Source: Acidobacteriota bacterium (GTDB lineage: Bacteria > Acidobacteriota > UBA890 > WLXD01). From it: a stretch of DNA of 64,000 nucleotides. Under the pieces are notes generated by a model. That model ran no database searches. It was not told where the DNA came from and saw only the letters and a list, made by a program, of their open reading frames with translations. This document shows positions 1 through 13,228 of this stretch, in pieces (the first letter of the stretch is position 1; every line of letters begins with the position of its first letter). The position numbers and the translations under genes are program-made. Location: NCBI GenBank assembly GCA_963666055.2, contig CAXWPH010000014.1, forward strand, positions 384,001-448,000, given 5' to 3'.

Positions 1-1
1 C

Positions 2-664
2 GACCAGCGGCACCGTCTGCAGATCCGTCGACAGCTCGACCTGGAAGATGACGCGCCGCTCGTCGTCTTCGTCGGGTCACTGGTGCACCGCAAGGGTATC
101 GATGTGTTGCTGCGCGCCTGGTGCACGATCCAGGCGAACCGGCCGACGGCGCGTCTGCTGCTGGTGGGCCCCGACGCGTTCGACCCCGGTGACCCGAACC
201 GCGAGTTGCTGCAGCGTTGCTTGAAGGAACTGCCGTCGGCCGCCGGCGCCCGTGTCCATCGCCTCGGCGTCCGCGAAGACACCGAGGCAATTGTCGGCGC
301 CTCCGATGTGTTCGTTCTACCGACGCGACGCGAGGGCTTCGGTTCGGCGATCATCGAGGCCATGGCCTGCTCGCTCCCTTGCGTAGTTACCGAGCTGCCG
401 GGCATCACCGACTTCATCTTCGCCTCCCCGGCGGCGGCTGACCTGCAAGCGGACCCCGAAACCGACGGCGTGGTGGTGGCACAGGAGAACGCCGACGAGC
501 TCGCCACTGCGGTCTGCGGGCTGCTGGCTGACCCTGCCCTGCGCCGCTCCGTCGGCGACGCCGCTCGGGCTCGCGCAGTTGGGAAGTTTGACATGCGCAC
601 GGTCGCCGCCAGCTACCTGGCCTACTACGACGAGCTTCGCGCCGGTCGGGTGACCGATGGTTGA
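2..664 (+). CDS. Glycosyltransferase family 4 (GT-B), 5'-truncated by the window edge
   Basis: Frame is open from position 2 (..VVFVGSLVHRKGIDVLL..); C-terminal GT4 motif SDVFVLPTRREGFGSAIIEAMACSLP. Confidence 0.9.
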   Translation, partial: DQRHRLQIRRQLDLEDDAPLVVFVGSLVHRKGIDVLLRAWCTIQANRPTARLLLVGPDAFDPGDPNRELLQRCLKELPSAAGARVHRLGVREDTEAIVGASDVFVLPTRREGFGSAIIEAMACSLPCVVTELPGITDFIFASPAAADLQADPETDGVVVAQENADELATAVCGLLADPALRRSVGDAARARAVGKFDMRTVAASYLAYYDELRAGRVTDG

Positions 665-2267
665 AGGGCCAGCGCCCGAGGCTGCGCAAGCCAGGGACCG
701 AGAATCGACGCTGCTGGCGCGCGCCGCGCGCTCGATGTTCTGGAACGCGACGCTGCTGCCGCTGATCACCGTGTTCAACCTGGTCTCGTCGGTGCTCATT
801 CGCAACTATTTCGGGCTGGCATCGGGGCTGTATGACGCCTTGATCGGCGTCGTGAACTCACTGATGCTCTGGCCCGGGCTGGGGATTTCGGTCGCTTTCA
901 CACAGTTCATACCCGAGCTCGAGACGCGCGGCGATCGCCGCTCCGTCTGGGCGTTCATCCGCCGCGCCGGGGCACTGAGGCTCCTGTCACTGACGCTCTT
1001 CCTGGTGCCGGTGAACATCAACGCTGACGCCGTCGGCCAGTTCTTTCACCTCGGCGAGCACGGCGCCACTTTGGTGCACCTGGCCTCGCTGCTGGCGCTC
1101 CTGCGCACCGGACACGAGCTCGCCCTCAAGACGCTGCAGTCTTTGCTGTCGCACCTTGCCGCCAACGCCATCCAGCTCGCGCAGGCCATGCTCGTGGTGG
1201 CAGCGCTGACCATCACACTGGCAGCCGGCATGGGCATGCTGCAGCTCATGGTGGCGCTTATCGTGGCGTCGGCAGCGTTGCTGATCGTCGCGGCGAGCGT
1301 CGTTCGCTGGCGAGTCGCGCAGGTGGCGTCGGTGCCACAGCCCTGCGCCGACACGATCTCGGCTCCGCGACGCGGCGAGATCGTGGCGGGGATCAGCGCC
1401 CGGCGGTTCGCCGGCTTCTCGCTGTTCATGTACGCGCACGACACGATGAGCTACTTCGCATCGCCGGCGTTCGCCAGCCTGGCGATCGCAGCGTTGTACG
1501 ACACGCCAGGGCCGGTGGCGTTGTTCGCCACCGGCTTGCAGTTCCCGATGCTCGCCGTGGTAATCGTGTTGGCGGGCTTCCAGGGACTGTATCGGCCGCT
1601 GTTCGCGCGGCTGATCAAGGACTCGGAGCGCACCCGACTCCGCGCCACCTTCTCGGAAGTCAGCAAGGTTCAAGTAGCGCTGTTGCTACCGGCGGGCACC
1701 GGGCTAGCAATCATGGTCGGCGATCTCATTCCGTTGCTGTACGGTGATGTGTTCGCCGATTCCGTGCCGCTCGCGAGGGTGCTCTGCTTCTTTCTCTTCA
1801 GCGAAGCGATATTCAACCTGGGAACGATCGTCCTGTCGGTCGACCACCAGTACCGTTCGGTCATGCAGGCGCAGGCGATGCGCCTGCTGGGCGCTCCACT
1901 GTTCGTTTGGCTGGCGGCGCACGGCGACCTTCGCCTGGCGGCGACTGCGTTCGGCATCAGTCGGGTGGCCGCGACGCTGTTCGGCTATGTCATGGCACAG
2001 CGTCGGTTCGGAGTGCGCTTTCCGTTCGCGTTGGCGCTTCGCGCCGCGTTGCCGAGCCTCGCCATGCTGGCGATTCTGACCGCCGCCCGTTCGATGTGGT
2101 CGACGTCCTGGGTCGAGGTGGTCGCCCTGACAACGCTCGGCGTAGCGGTGGTGGCGATCGGCATGCGAGTGTTCCGCGTGCTCGGGCCGCGCGAGTTGGA
2201 CCTGATCGAGCGCGCGCAGCTGCCCGGACGCTCGACTATTATCGCGTGGTTGAAACCGCGCGCATGA
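657..2267 (+). CDS. Polysaccharide flippase (Wzx/MOP family)
   Basis: 536 aa, many hydrophobic segments, lies between glycosyltransferases, flippase-like LIPLLYGDVFADSVPLARVL. Confidence 0.75.
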   Translation: MVEGPAPEAAQARDRESTLLARAARSMFWNATLLPLITVFNLVSSVLIRNYFGLASGLYDALIGVVNSLMLWPGLGISVAFTQFIPELETRGDRRSVWAFIRRAGALRLLSLTLFLVPVNINADAVGQFFHLGEHGATLVHLASLLALLRTGHELALKTLQSLLSHLAANAIQLAQAMLVVAALTITLAAGMGMLQLMVALIVASAALLIVAASVVRWRVAQVASVPQPCADTISAPRRGEIVAGISARRFAGFSLFMYAHDTMSYFASPAFASLAIAALYDTPGPVALFATGLQFPMLAVVIVLAGFQGLYRPLFARLIKDSERTRLRATFSEVSKVQVALLLPAGTGLAIMVGDLIPLLYGDVFADSVPLARVLCFFLFSEAIFNLGTIVLSVDHQYRSVMQAQAMRLLGAPLFVWLAAHGDLRLAATAFGISRVAATLFGYVMAQRRFGVRFPFALALRAALPSLAMLAILTAARSMWSTSWVEVVALTTLGVAVVAIGMRVFRVLGPRELDLIERAQLPGRSTIIAWLKPRA

Positions 2268-2286
2268 GCTCCTGGCAGGCCCAGCC

Positions 2287-3489
2287 GTGAAGATCGCGAT
2301 GTACATGCCGGGGCTACGCCCGGGCTCGATGAGCTGGTCGATCTACCAAGACTTCGCCACCGCGGTTCGTGCTCAGGGCCCCGAGCTGACACTGCTCACC
2401 GATGTGCCCGACGGCTCACCTCCCGCAGCGTACGAAGGTACCCACTACCTGAGCACGAGCCGGAGCGCACGGTGGCTCGATAGCCTCGCCGCACCGCTCA
2501 CGCGCTGCCGTTCCTTGTTGAGCACATCGCAGGCGTTAGGCAGCTACCTACGGCAGCGACGCGACCTCGACCTGTTCTACTGCGAGATCGCCTATCCACT
2601 TGGCACGGCGATGAACCTGGCGCGACGCCGAACGAATTGGAACGGCGCCACCGTAGTGTGTCCCATGGGCGAGGACATACTGGTGGTGGAGGACGCAGCG
2701 TACGGCTTTGGCCGCTATCCCCTGCCCCGTCGAGCGCGAGACTGGACGTTGCGCAGCGCCGCCGCAATACGCTGTATCTCACCGATGGTGTGCGACCGCG
2801 TCGAGGCCTTCGGAAAGAAGTGCGCCGTGGTGCCACTGAACGTTGCCAGCTCCACGGTCGTTGCGGCCGGCAGACCGTCAGAGGCCATCGAGTCCGAGCG
2901 TCGCGCGGCTCGTGCCTCCCTGCGCGCTCGCCTGGCGTTGAATCGCGACACGCTCATCCTGTCGCTTGGCCGCCTTCACCCCTTCAAGGGCATCCATGTG
3001 CTCGTCGATGCCATGGTCGGGCTCCCCGACGCCGAGCTTCTCATCGCCGGTCCGTCGCTGAGAGTGCGCGGCTTCGGCGACTACTCGGAGTACTTGCTCA
3101 ACCGGGCGCGGCAGCAGGGGGTCGCCGACCGAGTCCGCCTCCTCGGCAGCGTTCCACACACCGAGGTAATCGAGATGCTGTCGGCCGCGGACGCCGTCGT
3201 CGTACCGTCGCTGCTAGAGTCGCTGAACCGCGTGTGCATGGAGGCGGCGGCCGCCGGTACGCCCTTCGTGGTCACCGAGACCACCGGCGTGGCGGCGTTC
3301 GTGCAGGAAGATGGCGTGGGAATCGTCGTACCACCACGGAACCCGGCCGCTCTCGCCAACGCAGTGTCGGCCATCGTCGACCACAGTTGGCAGCCCGACC
3401 GCGGTGCGGCGCAGCGCTTCGTCGCGCGTTTTTCGGCCGCAGCCGTCGCCGCACCGCTAGTGGAGCTGTTCGAGGAAGCGCTGTCATGA
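2287..3489 (+). CDS. Glycosyltransferase family 4
   Basis: MKIAMY start; LGRLHPFKG; ADAVVVPSLLESLNRVCMEAAAAGTPFV. Confidence 0.9.
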   Translation: MKIAMYMPGLRPGSMSWSIYQDFATAVRAQGPELTLLTDVPDGSPPAAYEGTHYLSTSRSARWLDSLAAPLTRCRSLLSTSQALGSYLRQRRDLDLFYCEIAYPLGTAMNLARRRTNWNGATVVCPMGEDILVVEDAAYGFGRYPLPRRARDWTLRSAAAIRCISPMVCDRVEAFGKKCAVVPLNVASSTVVAAGRPSEAIESERRAARASLRARLALNRDTLILSLGRLHPFKGIHVLVDAMVGLPDAELLIAGPSLRVRGFGDYSEYLLNRARQQGVADRVRLLGSVPHTEVIEMLSAADAVVVPSLLESLNRVCMEAAAAGTPFVVTETTGVAAFVQEDGVGIVVPPRNPAALANAVSAIVDHSWQPDRGAAQRFVARFSAAAVAAPLVELFEEALS

Positions 3490-5441
3490 GCCTCGCGGCA
3501 TCGGCGACCGCTGCGCTGGCGCTCCTACTGCCCGCTTGGGGCATGTATCGGTGGTCGCAGCGGCGGGGTGACGAGGTTCTCGAGGTGGCCATTGCCACTG
3601 CGTTCGGTCCGGTGGCCGCGCTGCCGCTGCTGTGGATCGTGGCGACTCAGCTGCGCATCGGCACGCTGCCGACCCTGCTCGCCGGCTCCCTCGCTGCAGC
3701 GCTCATGTGGCTGGCGACCGACGGGCCCATGAGCCGGCCGAAGCCAGCGCGGCTGGGCGCCATCCGGTCGCTGGTCTTGACGACTTTGGCATCGCTGTTG
3801 TTGTGCGCGGTGGCGTTCGTGCCCCACGGGCTCGAGCGCCGTGACGGCGTGCATCGCATGGCGATGACCGACTGGCAGAAGCACCTCATGCTGGCCGGTG
3901 AGATGACGCTGCACGATGAGTTTCCACCCGCCAATCCGTTCCTGCGCGGATCCGGTGCGTCGCCCTACTACCACGGGTTCCATCTGCTGGCGGCAGACCT
4001 CGCACGCGCCGCCGGCGGGGCGTCGGCGATCTACGCGGCGTTGCTGGCACTGACGCTGCTTACCGCGGCGGCCGTTCCGCTGACCGTCTACGTGGTGGCG
4101 AACGGCTTGTTCGACTGGCCCGGGGTGGCGCGGTTGGCGGCGCTGGGCGCCACCTTGCTGGCGGGCTTCGATCTGCTCGTGCTGCTGCTGCACACGGCGG
4201 TCAACGCGATAACCGTTTGGGGTGGCGAGCTAACGCTGTCAGGGCTCCGCGAGCTCGTCCCGTCCACACACCTGGACTACTGGCTGCAGCACAACGAGCG
4301 GCAGTTCAGCGCCCCCTATCTAGCGACGGTCTGGGCGCCGCAGCACGTACTAGCCGCCTGTGCCGGGGTGCTCGGCTTCCACTGGCTGTCGACCAAACCA
4401 CACGTCAGCAACAACCGGCTCGATGTAGTACCCGCCGCCATGCTACTCGCCGCAACCCCCATGCTGTCGGCCTACGTGGGACTGGCGGTGGCGAGCGGGC
4501 TGGCGGTGGCGTTCGCGGTGGCAACGACATCCGCCGAACGCGGGCGATGGCTGTCGGCCGGCGTCGTCGCCCTGTTGCTGGCGTTGCCGTTCCTGCGCCT
4601 CGGTGCTTCGGGCGCGAGCGGTCTCCAGCTGGCGCCGTCCGCGGCCGGCTCGTGGCGTAATGGCGCCTTGTTCACGGCGCTGCTCGGCGATGGCGTGGCG
4701 ACTCGAATCCTCGACACACCGGCGCTCTATGTTCTCGATTTCGGCATCATCGGAATCCTCGCGGTGCTCAGCATCCGCACGCTGCGCGGCACCTCGCCAA
4801 GCGCGCACCGAACGCGCGCCTTGGTGCTGGCGGGCACAATCGTGGTGCTTGCGGCGCTGGTGAGGCCGCCGGTCGGTGGACCCAACAACCTCTACGCACG
4901 CGGCCTGCTCCCCGTGTGGATGCTGTTGGCGCCGTTTGCAGCTGCCGAGTGGCAGCACCGCAGAAACCTCGCCTGGCGATTCGCTGCGGCGGTCTGCTTC
5001 GCCGGAACGCTCTATGCGGCAGTGGGGACGTTTGTCGAAGGCTATCTATTCTGGGCAAGCCCCGCCACGGCTGTACGGACAGCGCGTGCAGTGAACGAGC
5101 GCAGCGCGCCGGACGACGTGGTCGCCATGCCGGTGGCGCCTCTTCCGGGGCACGCCTACTGGTTGCGCAGGTCGGTAGCAATGTACGACGAGCGACACGC
5201 GCGCCTGTTCGGGGCCAGCGCAACGCAAGTGGCACAAGTCGAGGCGGCGCTGCGCCAGGCGTACGCCGCCGAGTCACCGAGCTCGGCGGCACAGAGCTTC
5301 GAAGCGCTGGGAGCCTCGATCGTGCTCGTGCCCAGCGACGCTGCCGTGCGGGCATGGGAGCGCTCCGATTGCTTCAGCGAGCTTTATCGAAATTCCGAGT
5401 GGCTCGCCGTTCGCGTCAATGGCGCCTGTCAGGACGATTAG
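3486..5441 (+). CDS. Multi-pass membrane protein, probable GT-C-fold glycosyltransferase (DUF2298-like)
   Basis: ATG at 3486 overlaps the upstream stop (ATGA), so the ORF-track start at 2637 is an over-extension; many TM helices; loop motif DWQKH..FPPANPFL..YYHGFH. Confidence 0.55.
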   Translation: MSLAASATAALALLLPAWGMYRWSQRRGDEVLEVAIATAFGPVAALPLLWIVATQLRIGTLPTLLAGSLAAALMWLATDGPMSRPKPARLGAIRSLVLTTLASLLLCAVAFVPHGLERRDGVHRMAMTDWQKHLMLAGEMTLHDEFPPANPFLRGSGASPYYHGFHLLAADLARAAGGASAIYAALLALTLLTAAAVPLTVYVVANGLFDWPGVARLAALGATLLAGFDLLVLLLHTAVNAITVWGGELTLSGLRELVPSTHLDYWLQHNERQFSAPYLATVWAPQHVLAACAGVLGFHWLSTKPHVSNNRLDVVPAAMLLAATPMLSAYVGLAVASGLAVAFAVATTSAERGRWLSAGVVALLLALPFLRLGASGASGLQLAPSAAGSWRNGALFTALLGDGVATRILDTPALYVLDFGIIGILAVLSIRTLRGTSPSAHRTRALVLAGTIVVLAALVRPPVGGPNNLYARGLLPVWMLLAPFAAAEWQHRRNLAWRFAAAVCFAGTLYAAVGTFVEGYLFWASPATAVRTARAVNERSAPDDVVAMPVAPLPGHAYWLRRSVAMYDERHARLFGASATQVAQVEAALRQAYAAESPSSAAQSFEALGASIVLVPSDAAVRAWERSDCFSELYRNSEWLAVRVNGACQDD

Positions 5442-5775
5442 CGCAGCGGAAACACACGGGCAAAGACCTTACCGTCGGCTCGCGCAGCACCATCGCTACC
5501 GACGTGGACGACGTGTGGAGGGTCCGCCTCCGTATCCAGCAGCCGGCGAACCAGGTCATGCGCGACGCCCACCATGTCGGAACGCTGCTGTTGCAAAGCG
5601 AGGTGGTAGCAGATCGGCGCAATTCGCACTTCGATCTCGAAGCCTGTCAGGGCGCTCTCGACGCTGAACAGGTAGCGTGCCGTCTCCACCATCGGATCGC
5701 GATCAAGCGCCTGCACCAGCCGAAGTTGATACGTCTTGCCCTTTGCGGCTTCCTCCTGCCAGGCGGCCTCGACCG

Positions 5776-5779
<4 letters not shown>
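5438..5779 (-). CDS. Hypothetical protein, last gene of the ligA operon
   Basis: 113 aa, natural composition, start overlaps the stop of the CMD gene. Confidence 0.6.
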
Positions 5780-8500
<2,721 letters not shown>

Positions 8501-8538
8501 TCAGTCCCCGTTTCACCGCACCGCGAGGAGGTGGGCCC

Positions 8539-10035
8539 GTGCAAGATACCTGGAGTCGGGTGACCGAGATGCTCGGCGGCAATCTGCCAGCGCTGCTGGC
8601 CGCACTTGCCGTTCTGGTAGTGGGGTGGCTGCTGGCGTTCGTGGTGGCGGCCGTCGTGCGCAGCGTCATGAAGCGTACGCAGCTCGACGACCGGCTGGCG
8701 CTGTGGATCGGCGACGACGACACGCTGCCGCACGACGCCTTCGAGCGCTGGATTCCTCGCCTTGTCTACTACGTCGTACTGCTGTTCGTGCTGGTTGCGT
8801 TCTTGCGCACGCTCGGGCTGGCCATCGTCACGGAACCTCTGAACGCCCTGCTGAGCGAGATCTTCGAGTTTACGCCGCGCATCGCCGGCGCTATCGCGTT
8901 GCTCACAGCGGCCTGGATCATCGGCACCGTGTTGAGGCTGGCGGTTTCGCGCATTCTCCAGGCGTCGAACTTCGAGGAGCGTCTGGGCTCCGCCGCGGCG
9001 CTCGACAGCTCGCGCCAGATCTCCATCGCCAAGACCCTTGGCGACTCAATCTACTGGCTCATCTTCCTGCTGTTCCTGCCGGCAGTTCTCGACACCTTGA
9101 ACCTGCAAGGGCTCCTTGCCCCGGTGCAGACAATGATGGATCGGGTTCTCGGGTTCCTTCCGAACCTGTTCGCCGCGGCGTTGATTGCCGCCGTTGGGTG
9201 GTTCATCGCCCGCATCCTGCAGCAGATCGTCGCGAACCTCCTCGCCGCTCTCGGTGTCGATCAGCTGGGCGAAAACCTCGGCCTCGGCACGCTACTCGGT
9301 CAGCAACGACTGTCGAGCGTCGTCGGGTTGATCGTCTACATCCTCATCCTGATTCCGGTGTTTCTCGCCGGGCTCGACGCGTTGCAACTGCGAGCCATCA
9401 CGCAGCCGGCGACCAATATGCTAGATGCCATTCTGCAGGCGATCCCGCTGGTGTTCGCCGCCGCCTTGCTGCTGTTCATCGCCTACATCGTTAGTCGAGT
9501 GGTCGCCGGGTTGATCGCCAACCTGCTCGCCGGTATCGGCTTCAACCATGTGCTCGCCCAACTGGGCGTCGGTCGCAGCGTCGAGGAAGGCGAGCGCTCG
9601 GCGGCGGAGATCGCCGGCTACCTCGTGCAGGTGTCGATCGTGCTCTTCGCTTCGGTTGAGGCGTCTCGGTTGCTCGGTTTCGACGTGCTCGCCGACCTCG
9701 TGGCGCAGTTCCTGGTGTTCGCCAGCCAGGTAGCTCTCGGCCTAGTAATCTTCGCCGTCGGGCTGTACTTGGCCAACCTGGCGGCACGAGTTATTCATTC
9801 GAGCGACGCTGCGCAGGCGAACCTGCTGGCGTTGGCGGCTCGTGTGTCCATCCTCACGCTGGCCGGCGCCATGGCGATGAGCCAGATGGGACTTGCCAGC
9901 GACATCATCAACCTCGCTTTCGGCATCATCCTCGGTGCCATCGCGCTGTCCATGGCGCTCGCTTTCGGCATCGGCGGCCGCGAGGTCGCGGCTCGTCAGC
10001 TCGAGGAGTGGAAGCGCGAGTGGGACGGTCGCTGA
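8539..10035 (+). CDS. CmpX-like / MscS-associated TM-helix repeat membrane protein
   Basis: GAGGAGG RBS before GTG 8539; repeated P.L.AA..+L.+GW helices; C-terminal ALAFGIGGREVA. Confidence 0.75.
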   Translation: MQDTWSRVTEMLGGNLPALLAALAVLVVGWLLAFVVAAVVRSVMKRTQLDDRLALWIGDDDTLPHDAFERWIPRLVYYVVLLFVLVAFLRTLGLAIVTEPLNALLSEIFEFTPRIAGAIALLTAAWIIGTVLRLAVSRILQASNFEERLGSAAALDSSRQISIAKTLGDSIYWLIFLLFLPAVLDTLNLQGLLAPVQTMMDRVLGFLPNLFAAALIAAVGWFIARILQQIVANLLAALGVDQLGENLGLGTLLGQQRLSSVVGLIVYILILIPVFLAGLDALQLRAITQPATNMLDAILQAIPLVFAAALLLFIAYIVSRVVAGLIANLLAGIGFNHVLAQLGVGRSVEEGERSAAEIAGYLVQVSIVLFASVEASRLLGFDVLADLVAQFLVFASQVALGLVIFAVGLYLANLAARVIHSSDAAQANLLALAARVSILTLAGAMAMSQMGLASDIINLAFGIILGAIALSMALAFGIGGREVAARQLEEWKREWDGR

Positions 10036-11366
10036 GATCGCCGCTCGCCTGGCTGCTCGCCGCAGGCTTGGTATTGAGCACGGGCTGCGGCGGGGCCCGT
10101 CCGCAGGTCGTTCCCGGCGAGAACCCGGAGATCAGCACGGCTCCCAGGGGGCTGGCGGAGTCGCTCGGGGCGTCGTTCGATGCCTATCGCTCGCCCGGTC
10201 TGGAACAACGGCAATTCGATCCAGCGCACTACTGGCGGACGCTGCTTGCCGTCGTTGATGGCGCGCCGGATCGATTTCGCGTCGCGCCGATCGGCACCAG
10301 CGTCGAGGGTCGACCGCTGCGCCGCATCGACTTCGGACGTGGCGACACCACGGTGATGCTGTGGTCACAGATGCACGGCAACGAGTCGACCGCGTCGCGG
10401 GCTCTGGTCGACGTGCTGCGCTTCCTGCTCGAGAACCGCCGGCATCCGATGGTGCGCCGCATCGAGAGACAGCTCGCCGTAACCATGGTACCCGTCGTCA
10501 ACCCCGATGGAGCTGTGCGCTTCGTTCGCCAGAACGCTCTTGGGATCGACCTGAACCGCGATGCTCGCCGCCTGGCCACGCCAGAGGCACGGGCGCTCAA
10601 GGCGGTGCGCGACGACATCGACGCCGACTGGGGCTTCAACCTGCACGACCAGAACGTCCGCACGCGGCTCGGCAGCACCGGCCGCGATGTGCGCATTGCC
10701 CTTCTGGCACCACCTCCGGGGCCCGGTGAGGTCACCGAGGTGAACCGCGCCGCGAGACGTATGTGCTCCCTCCTGGCCAGCGCTCTCGAGCCTATCGTCG
10801 ATGACCAGGTGGCGCGCTACGACGAGAGCTTCAACCCGCGCGCCTTCGGCGATTCGATGGCGCGTTGGGGAACGTCCGTCGTGTTGATCGAGTCCGGTGG
10901 CGAGCTTGGTGACCCACACAAGGAGATGCTGCGGCGCGCCAACTACGTGGCCCTGCTGGTCGCCCTCGACGCTATCGCCAGCGGCAGCTGGAGCAACGTC
11001 TCCCCACAGCGCTATCTCGATCTGCCACTCAACACCGCGTGGGTGTACGACCTGATCGTTCGCGGTGCGTCGATCGTGTTACCGGGGCGTGAGCCGGTGA
11101 GGGCCGACTTCGCGATCAACTACGCAGACACACTGTCCAAGGCCGGCGGCACGATAGTCGAGGTGGGCGACCTCGAGGAGGCCAAAGCGCTCGAGACCAT
11201 CGATGCCGCGGGGCTCTTTTTCTTGCCCGCGGCGGCCAGCCTTTCTCAGGAGGGCGGGCCGCACCTGCGCATCGGCGACCCAGCCGATGGGCTGCTGGCA
11301 CGCGACGTCCAGGGCACCGAAGTCGAGTGGCGCTTCGGCAACGAGCTCGCGACTGGATACCACTGA
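10008..11366 (+). CDS. M14 zinc carboxypeptidase, probable lipoprotein
   Basis: QMHGNE, NPDG, DLNRD, FNLHDQ motifs; lipobox-like LSTGC. Confidence 0.88.
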   Translation: MEARVGRSLRSPLAWLLAAGLVLSTGCGGARPQVVPGENPEISTAPRGLAESLGASFDAYRSPGLEQRQFDPAHYWRTLLAVVDGAPDRFRVAPIGTSVEGRPLRRIDFGRGDTTVMLWSQMHGNESTASRALVDVLRFLLENRRHPMVRRIERQLAVTMVPVVNPDGAVRFVRQNALGIDLNRDARRLATPEARALKAVRDDIDADWGFNLHDQNVRTRLGSTGRDVRIALLAPPPGPGEVTEVNRAARRMCSLLASALEPIVDDQVARYDESFNPRAFGDSMARWGTSVVLIESGGELGDPHKEMLRRANYVALLVALDAIASGSWSNVSPQRYLDLPLNTAWVYDLIVRGASIVLPGREPVRADFAINYADTLSKAGGTIVEVGDLEEAKALETIDAAGLFFLPAAASLSQEGGPHLRIGDPADGLLARDVQGTEVEWRFGNELATGYH

Positions 11367-11410
11367 TGAACTAGTGGCCTGATCACACGGCTGGAGCGTA
11401 CGTGCACGGA

Positions 11411-12811
11411 TCAGTCTAGTTGGAAGTCGTCTCCGAGCTCCGGCACCAGCACGTCCGCGCTGTGCTCGTCCCGTAAAGCACGCCCGAGCGCCGCTGCGGC
11501 CTTGGCTTCGCCGTGCACTACAAAGGTTCGCTTCGGCACGGTGCCCAGGCTACTGAACCATTTGAGCAGGCCGGCGCGGTCGGCGTGCGCCGAGAATCCC
11601 CGAATGCTCTCGATGCGCGCCCGAACCGGATACCAGTCGCCGAAGATGCGCACCGGATCGATCCCCGACTGAATGACGTGCCCGAGCGTCCCCCGTGCTT
11701 GGTAGCCGACGAACAGCACGGTAGATCGCGGGTCCGAGATGTTGTGCTTCAGGTGGTGCTTGACGCGTCCGGCAGTGCACATGCCCGATGCCGAGATGAT
11801 GACGGCCGGGTACCGGCTCTGGTTGATCGCCTTGGATTCGTCGACGCTAGTTACCAGCTTGAGGCCGTCAAACTCGAGCGGCTTGTCGCCCGAGCAATAC
11901 AGGCGGCGTGCCTCCTTTGAGTAGGCCTCGGGGAATTGGGTGAATACGCGGGTAGCCTCGACCGCCATCGGCGAATCGACGAACACCGGTATTCCTTGGA
12001 GCCGACCAGACTCGACCAGATCGTTGAGCCGCGCCAGGATCTCCTGTGTCCGCCCGACCGCGAACGACGGCACCACCACCTTTCCTCCCTTGCTCGCGGT
12101 ACGGCTGACGATGTCGTAGAGCAACTCGGTGGGATCCTCGGCGGCGTCACGATCGCGGTCGCCGTAGGTCGATTCGAGGATCATCACCTCCGCCGCCTCG
12201 ACCGGGGCCGGCCGCGACAGCAAACGCGCCCCGTCGGCGCCGAGATCACCGGAAAACGTCACGTGGCGGCAACCGTCCCCGTCGTCGATCTCGAGCTCCA
12301 CGATGCTGGCACCGAGGATGTGCCCCGCCATCGCGAACCGTACCCGCCCGATGCCATCCAGACGCTTCCATCGATCGAACTCGGTTTCGACGAACAGGCG
12401 GTAGACCGCCGCTGCATCGTCGGCGGTGTACAGCGGGGTGATGCCCGAGGCGTCCTTGCCGCGCTTCTTCAGCCGCTTGATCGTCCAGCGCGCGTCTTCC
12501 TCGTGAATATGTGCCGAATCAGCGAGAAGAATCTTGGCGAGCGCCACACTGGCCGCGGTAGCGTAGATCGAGCCCTTGAAACCGCCGCGCACCAACAGCG
12601 GCAGGCGGCCGCAGTGATCGATATGGGCATGCGATAGCAGCACCACATCGATCGAAGCCGGGTCGAACGGGAACGGTGCGCGGTTGCGCTCGTGCCGCTC
12701 CTTGCCGCCCTGGATCATGCCGCAATCCAGCAGCACGCGGCCGGCGGTGGTCTCGATCAGATGGCAGGAGCCGGTAACCTCACGCGCCGCGCCGTGAAAG
12801 GAGATACGCAT
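11411..12811 (-). CDS. MBL-fold beta-CASP ribonuclease
   Basis: GAAREVTGSC, SHAHIDHCG, AGHILG, ESTYG, FAVGRTQE, SASGMC, FSAHAD, VHGE. Confidence 0.93.
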   Translation of the reverse strand: MRISFHGAAREVTGSCHLIETTAGRVLLDCGMIQGGKERHERNRAPFPFDPASIDVVLLSHAHIDHCGRLPLLVRGGFKGSIYATAASVALAKILLADSAHIHEEDARWTIKRLKKRGKDASGITPLYTADDAAAVYRLFVETEFDRWKRLDGIGRVRFAMAGHILGASIVELEIDDGDGCRHVTFSGDLGADGARLLSRPAPVEAAEVMILESTYGDRDRDAAEDPTELLYDIVSRTASKGGKVVVPSFAVGRTQEILARLNDLVESGRLQGIPVFVDSPMAVEATRVFTQFPEAYSKEARRLYCSGDKPLEFDGLKLVTSVDESKAINQSRYPAVIISASGMCTAGRVKHHLKHNISDPRSTVLFVGYQARGTLGHVIQSGIDPVRIFGDWYPVRARIESIRGFSAHADRAGLLKWFSSLGTVPKRTFVVHGEAKAAAALGRALRDEHSADVLVPELGDDFQLD

Positions 12812-12830
12812 CGACGCCTCAGCACACGAT

Positions 12831-12866
12831 GACCGCACCCACCGCCACGCGGCAGCGGGTGCGGTC
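12831..12866 (-). terminator. Stem-loop downstream of dodecin (terminator or mRNA-stabilising hairpin)
   Basis: gaccgcaccc...gggtgcggtc inverted repeat, extendable with G-U pairs on the minus strand; no U-tract. Confidence 0.4.
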
Positions 12867-12891
12867 TCGAAGATCGGTAAGTAACGCCGGC

Positions 12892-13095
12892 TCAGTCAAC
12901 CCCGAAGGCGATCTTCACGGTCGTCTTGTAGCTGACGATCTCGCCGCCCTCGACCTTGGCGGTCATGTGCTCGACCTCGACCCCGGTGATGTTGTTGACG
13001 GTCTTGGACGCCGTGCGCACGGCATTCTCCGCCGCCTCGTCCCAGCTCTTGGGGGACGAGCCCACGATCTCGATAATCTTGGCAATCTCTGCCAC
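12892..13095 (-). CDS. Dodecin-family protein
   Basis: AGGAGG RBS then GTG; KIIEIVGSSPKSWDEAAENAV..YKTTVKIAF. Confidence 0.92.
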   Translation of the reverse strand: MAEIAKIIEIVGSSPKSWDEAAENAVRTASKTVNNITGVEVEHMTAKVEGGEIVSYKTTVKIAFGVD

Positions 13096-13228
13096 TGCTG
13101 CCTCCTGAAGGTGGGCTCCGAAAAGCCGGACTACGCCGCCACACCAGGCGCGGGCGCGCATCATAACATAGGGTTTTCGACCCCAAGCCGGCCCATCCCC
13201 GCCCCCGCGATGACGCTCACGGAGCCCG

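Noticed and set aside
2637-3485. N-terminal extension of the 934-aa ORF
   Set aside because: Arg-rich shadow frame overlapping the GT4 gene; the real start is the coupled ATG at 3486
13096-13228. NAD or FMN riboswitch between dodecin and pncB
   Set aside because: Short divergent intergenic region with no recognisable aptamer consensus
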